From the NCBI GenBank assembly GCA_050273025.1, contig CP158635.1:30008001-30072000 (forward strand): a stretch of 64,000 nt of DNA. The letters run 5' to 3'. Both the position numbers and the translations under genes were made by a program. Source of the DNA: Cenococcum geophilum. Its lineage: Eukaryota. Every line of letters starts with the position of its first letter. Position 1 is the stretch's first letter. The notes below the pieces were generated by a model. The model saw nothing but the letters and a program-made list of their open reading frames with translations. It was not told where the DNA came from and did not search any database. This document shows, one piece after another, positions 53,701-64,000 of this stretch.

Positions 53701-55586
53701 AGCCTTACTTAGTTAGTTTAGCGTCTTTTATATTAGCAGGATCGGATATTAGTTCTTAATGGTAACGGCGTTAAAAGCTTAGTAGTCTATATAGAAGCGT
53801 AGTCCGCCACCTGGTTTCTTAATAAAGATTACTAGTACGGCTATAGGTAAAGATCTTACTCTAATAAATCCTTTACTTAGGTTCTTATTTAAATACTTCT
53901 ATAGTACTTAGAGTTTATTTTAGAACATCCTATATAGGGGTCTAAATCCTAGCTGCTTTCCTTCTTTAAGTATTATATAGTCGGTATTCCAGTAGCTTAT
54001 TAGCTTCCTTCTATAAGAATACCTCTAGGCGGTTATAGTACTTTACTAGTACCTTTGTAGTAGGGTTAGTGTGCTTTTTTAGTACTAAGGCCTTCTTAAT
54101 ATTAGCTATAGTAATAGCAAAGATTATATATTTGGGTCTCTTAGCAAGTCGCGCTAGCGGGTAGCCCTAATTATATAGATATCTAGGGCGTTAAGCGGGC
54201 TCTAGTCGTCTGTAGTTTCTTATATAGTTCCTTACTTAATTTTAGGTTCGGTATTAGGTATGGAGTTAGTATTAGATTTAGATTTAGGTTCTTTAAGTAT
54301 CCTTTTTATAGTAGAATACCAGTCCTTCTAATATCTTTATATAGTAAGCTTAAGCTTCTACCTAGCTTTAGGCGGTATAGTGCTTAGGATTAATTTATAG
54401 AGTTTAGTGGAATTTTTAGGTCCTTAATGGATATTGGTAGAAATCTTATATTAGTGGAATTTAGTAAAATTCCTAGGTTAGTAGAATCTAGTAGATTCCT
54501 TAGGCGTAGGGTAAATATTAGTAGAAATCTTAGGCTAATAGATTTTAGTAAATTTCCTAGATTTTAGTTTAGGGTTAAAATGGTATATTATAGAGCATTT
54601 CTACTTATAATGCGGAGCAGTAAATAGAAGCTTAAGGTTATCCTAATTAATAACTACTTTATCTAGCTTTATCTAGGATTATTTAAGGATTACTAAATAA
54701 CTTAGGGTAGTAATAAAAAGCTTAATTAGTTCTTTATAGTTTAGGTATTAGAGTTTTAGAGCTACTATATAGGTAATAAGGCCTAAGACGTTGCGTTTAC
54801 TATTAAACCCAAATACGTTAATATGCTGGTTAAAAGGGGTTAGGGTAAAACTATTATCTTATATAAAGATCTTATTAATAAATCCTATGCCGCTAGCTCC
54901 TATATTAATTAGGATTTAAGCATTAGCCTATTAACCGTTCTGCTAAAGGCAATAGTTAATAGTTATACTATGGTCCTAAGAGTTAGAGTTTATAACGTTA
55001 AATACGTTTAATAAGATCTTATAGTAGAGTCGTCCTAGAGAGCAATTTAGCTCTAAAACCTTTTTTTTAGAGGTAATTACGGCGGGGTTCTTATAGGATA
55101 TTAGTTAGAGCTTTATTCTTATAAATAGTGCTTACTAGATAAAGGGCTAGAACTAGATGAGGAGGGCCGTAATTAATAGCTTAAGATTAGGCGCAATAAA
55201 TAGTTGCCGATATTAGCCATTTATAAATTATTTTAGGGCATAGGTAAGGGAATGAGATAGTATTTTAAGATATAGTCCTTACTTCCGTACTTAAAGTAAA
55301 GGCCTAGCTTAATGCGTCTTTCTTATTTAGGGAACCCTAGTAGGGCGTACTCTAGAGTTCTAGTGTTAATATCTATATCGTTAGGGTGCTTAGGCTAAGA
55401 TAATAACTTAATAGACGTTTATAGGGTTGCCGTATTATATTAGGGGGCGGGCTTTGGTGTTAGGCGTAGTATATTATTATACCATTTATTAATAACGTTT
55501 ATATAGGCATTAAGGGCTCCTAGTAGGTCTACGCCTATTAGAGAGGTTTTTAGTTTAGGGCTTAGAAATTTAGTAAGGCTATTAAC
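50750..55586 (-). mobile_element. Chromodomain-type Ty3/Gypsy family B copy 1 (3' LTR 50750-51127; 5' part cut off by Gypsy-A copy 3)
   Basis: LTR homologous to 62934-63303, followed by CCCCCCCTTT (polypurine tract revcomp). Relics YLTK*KGF..*EP chromodomain (~51230-51280), AYINDILIY RT (~53480), LINIGASGIGF protease (~54895), degenerate CCHC knuckle (~55280). Confidence 0.85.
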
Positions 55587-58500
55587 TATTACAGACCTTA
55601 TATCGGCAGTAGTGGAACTACTAAGAAGAGATATAAACGAACTAGTGGTGGAAGTACGGGAGGTGCTGGAACCAGTAGAACTATAGGATAAGGGGTAGCT
55701 AAGTTATATAATAAGTTACAAGAGGAGATTTATTAATCTGTAAGATCTATAGGATCTGTTTACGTACCTTATATACCTTACATACCTTATATACTCAGTA
55801 TTTCTTAGGCGCAGTATTGTGTATTTAAAGGACTACAGTCCCTACCTAGATAGTTCTCTTCTTTATAGTAAATCTTAGAATATAATTAGAGTTAATCTGT
55901 TAGGTAACCACTCCACTAGTTATATTTACGTTATTAACTATTCTATACCTATATACCTAGCCCATTAACAAGTCTACCGTAGTATATCTAATAAGGCTTT
56001 ATTATACATTTACTACTAAGGTTATAGTAAAAGAAGTTAAATAATATACTACCAAAAGTAGTAGCTATAACGCCGTTAACGGCAGCAACTATATTAGGAT
56101 TAGGTAACGATACTAGTATAGTAGATACTAACTCTTAGCTAGTTGCCGTTGGACAGCTATAGGAAATGGTTAATTAATTAATAGATAATAATAGGATACT
56201 TAAAGAAAGGATTAATAGAATTGGAGCAGCTAAGGTTAAGTTACCCTTAATTAAGCGATTTTTAGGGGAGAAGTTAAAACTTAAAGGATTCCTTATATAA
56301 ATACACTTTAAGGTTACGTAAGAAGGAGTAAAGCTAGGAACGCTAATGGATTAAGTCACTTACGTAGGATTATTCTTAATAGGAAGAGCACTTAAGTGGT
56401 TTAAGCCTTACCTTACGGAGGTATAGAAATATAGTATAACAACCACTAACTAGGAGGTACGGTATATATTTTTAAGTTAGAACGGGTTTATAGAACGCCT
56501 AACGCAAATATTTAGAGACCTAGAGGCAACCACTATAGTAGAGAGAAAGCTTTAAAACCTAGTATAGAGAACTTTAGTAATTAAGTATATAATATAGTTT
56601 TAGATATTAGCAATATAGGTTAAATAGAACAGTAAGGCGCTTATAGCATAGTATAAGTAAGGACTTAAGGCAAAAGTTTAGGACGTAATTATCCTAATAG
56701 AAGATGCGGATACTTTTAGGGAATTAATTAATTAAGTAATTAAGATTAATAATAGGATCTACTAAAGAGAGCAGACTAAGAAGGGTTAGAATAGAGTTTT
56801 ATAGTCGTATAAGGCGTAGGGCACGCAACAATAAAGTTAAAGTTAGAAACTATAGTATGGCGTAGAGCTAATAGACCTAAGTAGTATTAAAGAAAACAAG
56901 AAATGGAATAAATAACTATAAAAACCCAGAGGATAAGGATCGAGTAATTAAAGGTCTAAGGAGTAGAGGCTAAACTAGGGATCTTAGCAGTAGAAGACGT
57001 TTAGGCGGACTCTATAACAAAAAAAATGGTTTAAAAAAGGAGCTTATATAAATTGCGGAAAATAAGGTTATTTTATTAGAGACTATAAAAGTAGGTAGAG
57101 TTACTACGTAGTAAGAGGAATAAGACTAGTAGATGCTATATACGTATAGAGGGACGATAATATACTACGAGAAATAAAAGAGTGTTTAATTAAGAGTTTT
57201 GCGTTTTATTATAATAATATATACTAAATTTATAAAGACGCTAAGTATAGCGTAAGCTATTAGCCATAGGAGCTAAAATTATTAGAGTTTAAAGGAACTA
57301 ACGAACCATCTTATAAATCGGATATTAAGGACGATGAATTTAATATAGGCGAAATATTTAGTAATGATAAGGTAATAAGGGCAGCTTACTAGGAGTATAT
57401 AGACCTTAGAGATGTTATAAAAGAGGTAGAGGATAATTCCACTATAAAATAGGGAACATTAGTAGGGATTAAGACCCTACTAGATACGATGTCTATCGCT
57501 TTACAAGACGTAAGAGAAGTAGGACGATAAACTACTTTAGTACTTAATAAAGGTAAAAGGCTACAGGCTTAAGATTCTTAAGATAAGATAAGAGATAATT
57601 AAGATTCCTAAGATGGGATGAGATACGCTTAAGTACCTATAACGGACAATAACCAATAGAGTAGAGTAATGGCTTAGTTTAGTAATATACGAATAAGCTC
57701 GGGACGAAGTTTCCTAAAGGCATAAGACTTTTAGGACGAGATAAGTAAGATTTAAGATTCTTAAGATAAGATAAGAATACTATAAAAGCCTAGTTAGACT
57801 AAGGCTAGAGCTAAGCTTAAAAAGGAAGCAAGCTTAGGATTAAGAATCCTATAGAACTAAGATTTCTAGATATAAATAAGGACTATTAAGTAAACTAAGA
57901 TTAAGAAGCAAGAGGACTTTAAGGATTTACTTATAAGGCGAAAAACAAAAGAAACTATAGAGGAATTTAGATAAAGAATCCTCGTATAGTAAGAATAGAA
58001 ACTAAATTAGAGAACTAGTATACTAGGTCGTATAAGAGACAGAGCACCTATACGAAGAATCACTAATAGGCTTAGGATAGGTATACTAAGAGCTAAGTGG
58101 CTTACTAAACTAGAAGATAAAGAGGATTTAGGAATCCCTACTAGATTTAAAGAACGATATATAAAAGGCTGTTATAACGTAGTAATAAGAAGATACTTCC
58201 TTATAGACAAGCCGTATATACTCTGATAGCTGTACTAAAAGTAGTATAGGCAACGACATAATAATAAGTAGGAAGATTTTTATATATAGATAGATAAGCG
58301 AGTTATTTAGGACTACCCTATTACGGAAAAGGCAATAAGTTACATTAAAGGAGCCTTAATTATAATGTTAAATGATCTAGAGGAATAATTAGAGGACTAA
58401 AGAAGCGAGAGGTAAATCTTAATACCTATAAATAAGGTCGTAACGTTTAGATTAATACGGTAAAGGTTTAAACTTAAAAACGAAGATAAGTTAAGAGTTA

Positions 58501-61500
58501 ACCTAAAGCACCTAGTATACTACACGCTATTATAGATTGTATGCGTAGATAATATATGCGAAATATATAAGAATCTAAAAGAAAAGAATTAGAAGTACCC
58601 TATAAGAATATATTAGGCGCTAAATAAGCAACAGTATAGGAATACCAAGTATATATATAGATGGCATCTAATAAAAGTTTAGGAGTTAGAGGACTTAATA
58701 CTTTAACTAAAAAGATTCCTTACGGAAGAATACCTAAATAGACGATAGTGGTAGGAGTGCCTAAAGAATACGTGTTTATGGTATATTGAGGATAAAAAGC
58801 GAACTAGGTATTGGCCGAAGAATAAGCTAAGTACGATAGGATTAAGTAGCTAATAGTTAGGAAAAGTAGAGGCCTATAGGACTAGAGGGAGCTAGTAGTA
58901 GAGCCTTAAACCCTTAAAGAAATTTAAGGATAATACCTAAATTTACGAGTTAATTAGTAAGATTAATAGTTTAAAGCACTAATAGATAGTAGAGTAATAT
59001 AGAACTATATCTTATTAGCAGCAGTTAAAAAAATAGGATTGCCTTATAGATAGAAGGAGTAATCTTACCTATTAGTTATAATTTTAGGAGATCCGATAGC
59101 CTACGGAGGAGGGATTATTAACTTTAAAATAAAACCTATTTAGATAACCATTAAAGGAAGACGAATTAAGATGTCTTTTAATATCCTACTATTAGGACGG
59201 GATAAGGCAGTATTAGGGATGCCTTAGTTATAGAAATATAATCTAAAGATTAATTAGATTATAGGTTAGGTTAATATTAAAGATACTTAATAACGTAAAA
59301 TACAATAGCAAACTAAGTTAGTATAGTACTAAGTTAGAGCGATATATAAAGAGACTAAGCGAGGTTTAAGTTATATACTTAAAAAATACCGTAAATATGG
59401 TAAGAAACTATAGAGCCTAGAAAGTAAAAAGCTAGTAAATTATATAGTATAAGACTATAAGATAGAGTTAAAACTAGAAATAAGTCTAAGGTTCTTTCTA
59501 ATCTATAAGCTTACTTAAAAGGAGTTAAGAGAGCTTAAAGAGTTTATTTAAGAAAACTTATAAAAGGGATACATTAGATCATTATAGTTATTAGCAGGTT
59601 ATCTAGTATTATTTATACTAAAGAAGAACGGAAAACTTAGGCTATATATTAACCATAGACAGTTAAATAGCATTACTTAAAAGGATAAGTATTCTTTACC
59701 CTTAATTAGCGAAATCTAGGATTAGATAGGTAATATATAAATCTTTATAAAAATAGATTTAAGATAGGCGTACTATTAGATTAGAATTAAGGAAGGTAAT
59801 AAATAGAAGGCAGCCTTTAGGTTAAAGGAAGGACTATATAAGCTATTAGTAATGCAATTTGGATTAATAAATGCACTAGTAATATTTTAAAGGTAAATTA
59901 ATAGTGTATTAGGAGAATACCTTAACGACATTATTATCTACTTAATAACGGAAGAAGAATACGGAAAATACGTTAAATAGGTCTTAAAGAGACTATAGGA
60001 AGAATAGATACTAGTAGTAATTAAGAAATACAAGTTCTTTATAAGGAAGACCAATTTTATTAAATTTATTATTAAACTAGGTCATATTAGTATAGACCTA
60101 AAGAAAATTAAAGCTATAGTGAGTTGGTAAGAACTAGAGAACGTAACGTAGTTAAGGTTATTTTTAGGGGTTTGTAACTACTATAGGAGGTTTATAGTAT
60201 AGTAGTTAAAGAATAGTAAACTATTTACTAAGCTTATAAAGAAAAAGGAACTTAAGGAGTTATTTACCTAGGAGCCAATTCTTAAATTTATTAACTAGGG
60301 TTAGACATAGTTATAGAAACGGACGTATTAGACTTTATACTAGGAGTATATTTACTATAGAAGTATAGAGATATATAGTACCTAGTGGCATACTATAGTT
60401 GAAAAATAACACCACTAGAGTTAAACTATAATATATACAACAAGGAGTTATTAGGTATAGTTATAGTATTTAAAAAATAGAGAGCATTCTTATAAGGCGT
60501 AGAGAAACTATTTATAGTTAAAACGGATTATAAGAACCTAACGGGGTTCCTAATAATAAAAGAACTTAATTAGAGATAGGTTAAATAGGTAGAGATGCCT
60601 ACAGAATACCATTTTAAGATTTAGTATACTAAAGGGATTAAAAATGTAAGAGCAGACACGCTAAGTAGAAAGGCTAAATTACAGAATAATAAGAAACTAT
60701 TAGGAGCAATACTACGCAGGGATAAGGATAGATTAATTAGATATAATTACTCTAAACTAGTAGTAACTTAAGAGGATAACAAACTAGGAAGAATCTATAA
60801 GACACTAGAGAGCTTTTAGGTATAAAGAATTCTAGAAGTATAGCTAGAAGATCTATAAATAGATATATACGAGAATTAAGAAGCGAAGTATATCCTAAAG
60901 AGCATAGCAGAGTAATTCGTAGAAGATTTCTATAAGGGAATAACTTAGGGACACAACGGAGCCAATGGCTTAGTGTTAAGACTTTAAGAAGAATATATTA
61001 TTAACGGAATCTAGGGCATAGCCAGAAAAGTAATAAAAAAATATCTAGATTTCTAAAGAAATAAACTAATAAGGTATAAGCTATATGGAGGGCTACAACC
61101 TATTAAAATACTAGAAAGACTATGGGAGGTTATATTATAGGACTTTATTATTAAGTTACTAAAGTTAAAAAATCCTATTACTGGATAAGAATATAATATA
61201 ATCTTAATAATAGAAAACAAGTTAACTAAATAGGGCTACTTTATAGCATATATAAAAGAAATCTTAGTAGAAGACGTTGCTAGAATTTATATTAAAGAAG
61301 TATTTATAAGATATAGAGTATTAAGCAAGATTATATCGGATAGGGATCTAAGATTTATAGTAGTATTTTAGGAGGTATTCTTAGCGGAATAAGGAGTTAG
61401 AGCAGTAACTTCTACTATATATTATCTACAAATAGATAAATAGACAGAAAGATTAAATTAGACACTAGAACAGTATCTAAGATATTATATTAATTATATA

Positions 61501-62933
61501 TAGAATAATTGGGTATTGTTACTACTAGTTATACAGTTTATATATAATATAACACTATAAGAAGGAATAGGCATATTACTATTTAAGGCGAATTATGGAT
61601 ATAAGCTAAGAATATCGTTATTACTATAATAAGTAAAGAAAATAAGTAGCATAGCTAAAGAAAGAATAAAGACACTAATAAATCTTTATATAGACCTTAT
61701 AGAATCAGCAAAAAAGGTATAAGAAAAGATAAAAAAAGTACTATAACGCTAAGAGATTTAAGGGACTAGATCTTAAGGAGGGGGATAAAGTATGGCTACT
61801 ATACAAATTTTTTAAGAGTTAATAACTAAGTAAGAAGTTGGACTACGTTAGACTAGGACCTTTTAAAATTATATAGAGGATTTTACTAGTTATATTTAAG
61901 TTAAACCTACCAGCTAAGATAAAGATCTACCCTATATAGTATATTGTAATGCTAGAGCTAGCATATAGGAATATTAAGCTACTAATTTATTAAGCAGACA
62001 TGTATAGAGGATAAAAAGAAGACAAATAGTAAGTTTTAAAGATTATTAGTTATAAGGACGTTAACGATAAAATATAGTATAAGGTTAAGTGGATAGGCTA
62101 TAATAAGATTACTTGGGAACTACTATAGAATTTAAAGAATGCTATAGGAGAGGTATAGGAGTATTGGAGGAAAACGGGTTAGGTAATATTAAGAAGGAGC
62201 TAAAGATAAAGGGATTAGTTAAAGGCAATAGACGAGCCGGATTATCTAAGGGATCCACTATTAGCGTATTAGTTGTTTCCGCCTCTACTTAACCAGAATT
62301 CTTTTTAGCCTCCTTAGCCTTAAGCTTACGGAGACCTTACTCTACTAAATGGTACTCTTTAGAATGAACCTTCTTATAAACCTTCTTAAGACGGATTAAC
62401 TAAGCAAACGCAGTCTAATAAAGCTTAAATGCGTGACGCTAGGCTTCTAAGAGATAAGCGGACTCTTCGGAGGAATAATAGAGTTTATTACAAGCCGTAA
62501 TAAGAGAGGCCTTAAGCTTTTTAGTTTTGGATTAAATATAGGACCCTATAGCAGATTAGATAAGGAAGTTAAAGACTTTAAAGACTAATAAGACGCGTAC
62601 ACTTAGCGTTAGAGATAGATTAAATATTATAGGACGACCGCATGTTTGCTTTCGTATACTTAGCGTAGGAAGAAGGTTGGCAACTAAATAGAGCCGCGAT
62701 TACAATATATACTAACTTCTTCTCCTCGCAACGAGAACATGGAGATATGATTTTACTTAATAAAAGGATCGTTAAAATTATATAAGTATAACGCTTAGAT
62801 ACAGAAGATCTAATAGGAGGTATTAGAAATAATAAAGGTTATTAAATTAAAAACGGAAATGCTATACCTCTAATAGACGACTTAGAGATAAGAGATATCT
62901 TTAAGGTTAAAGATAAAGAGGAGGGGAATAGTG
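55587..62933 (+). mobile_element. Ty3/Gypsy family A copy 3 (5' LTR ~55587-56006; 3' LTR interrupted after its first 2 bp)
   Basis: Plus-strand relic gag (VKLPLIKRFLGEKLKLKGFL), CCHC ~57045-57085, protease ALIDSRVI ~58980, RT NDIIIY ~59925, RNase H, integrase, chromodomain-like tail, polypurine tract GAGGAGGGGAATAG at ~62918-62931. Confidence 0.88.
62190..62823 (-). pseudogene. Antisense cargo gene of Gypsy-A copy 3: Zn(II)2Cys6-like cluster plus coiled coil; exon 1 62823-62601, intron 62600-62546, exon 2 from 62545
   Basis: Reads ISPCSRCEEKKLVYIVIAALFSCQPSSYAKYTKANMRSSYNI*SISNAK, then a GTACGC...CTAAT...TAG intron, then WSYI*SKTKKLKASL...LIRLKKVYKKVHSKEYHLVE*GLRKLKAKEA. End approximate. Confidence 0.7.
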
Positions 62934-64000
62934 TGTTACGGAGTGAGCACAAGCGGTGATAATATATAGCGAAGTAGGTATTATTAAGCTATGTATATAA
63001 ACTGCGTAATAAAGTTAAGACGTTGCGTAAGGAAAGAAGGTAGGGAAACGGGAAGAAAGGGCATATATTGTTAACTTGGTTGCTTGGTTAATACGTGTAT
63101 AGGTAGAATAGGGTTTAGGTTGTAGTCCTAGCAGAACTTGGTAGAATTTAGTGGAACTTAGCAGAATATGGTAGAATGCCGTAGATTACTATTAGATTGC
63201 CATTAGATTGCCGTTAGATTGCTATTTCGCGGTTAGTCTTTAATTGCTAAGTTAGTGGAAATAGGTGGACGTGTGCAAGGTATTACGGGGGTGTCCCGTG
63301 ATAGTACCCCCCCTTTAAACTTAAGCTTCTGCGAGATGGGGCTGTGGTAGTTCTGGGTGGAGTTTATGAAAGTCTTCTGCGGCTTGTATAAGTCCTACAG
63401 AGTTAACGGGTTCCTATGAGGACTTGGTAAAGCTTTTCCATTTTATAAGATATATATATTAGCGTTTCCGTTTGTTATACTTAATATCGTTAATTCTTTT
63501 AATAAAGTACTCGTTCTTACTATCTACTTTAACTAGTGGGGGAGGGTCTTATATCTATCTAGGCAGGGCGTCTAATATAGGGGTAGCGGGGTAGAGGACT
63601 GACGTATGGAATATAGGGTGGATTTTAACCGTATTAGGGAGCTTTAATTGGTAGGCATAAGGAGAGATAACCTTTTTAACCTTATAAGGGCCAGCGTTCT
63701 TTTAATTAAGTTTTTTAGTAGGTTGTTTTGTATTTAGATTTCTTATATCTAGCTAGACGAAATCACTAATTTAGTAGGCCGGTGCTAGGGTTTATTTCTT
63801 ATTCGCTGCGGCTTTATAGATAGATTAAGCCCATGTTATCTTATCGGTAAGGAACTGTTATAGTTCTTCTATCTTCTCTATGAATTTATTTGCTTCTGCG
63901 ACTTATAAGGCGTAATAAGTGGGGTAAGGAATATTATTAAAGGGTTTAAAACCTATTCGTGGGTGCTAGCCGTAATTAGCTAGAAATAGGGAGACTTTCG
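62934..64000 (-). mobile_element. Gypsy family B copy 2, 3' end (LTR 62934-63303, chromodomain/integrase C-terminus)
   Basis: Colinear with, and less mutated than, 50750-51820. LTR runs TGTTACGGAG...CCCGTGATA, then the polypurine tract revcomp. Confidence 0.88.

Noticed and set aside
5808..55586. Identical TTAAC flanks at 5808-5812 and 55582-55586 as a TSD of one giant element
   Set aside because: They flank the 5' LTRs of two separate, oppositely oriented Gypsy-A copies inserted in different hosts, so the match is a coincidence in AT-rich DNA.

Overview
Filamentous ascomycete (Pezizomycotina-like) genomic DNA. A GC-balanced gene island (~8.85-22 kb) lies between AT-rich blocks of nested transposons degraded by RIP (repeat-induced point mutation). 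The island holds three clear intron-containing genes: a conserved hypothetical protein (-), a divergently transcribed SAM37/metaxin-like gene (+) and a Pil1/Lsp1-family eisosome gene (+). It also holds a probable unannotated 25-codon proline-rich micropeptide gene (MMSTANLPPCPGPPPTRPLPPVPTK) with its own promoter/UTR-like architecture. The repeat blocks resolve, via LTR termini and target-site duplications (TSDs), into two hAT DNA transposons, three copies of Ty3/Gypsy family A, two copies of a chromodomain Gypsy family B, two Ty1/Copia elements, a non-coding LARD-like LTR element and four solo LTRs. Most striking: Gypsy family A carries, antisense between integrase and its 3' LTR, a two-exon cargo gene. 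It encodes a Zn(II)2Cys6-like cluster plus a coiled coil, with a 55-nt intron at the same position in two diverged copies. De-RIPed protein readings are manual inferences.
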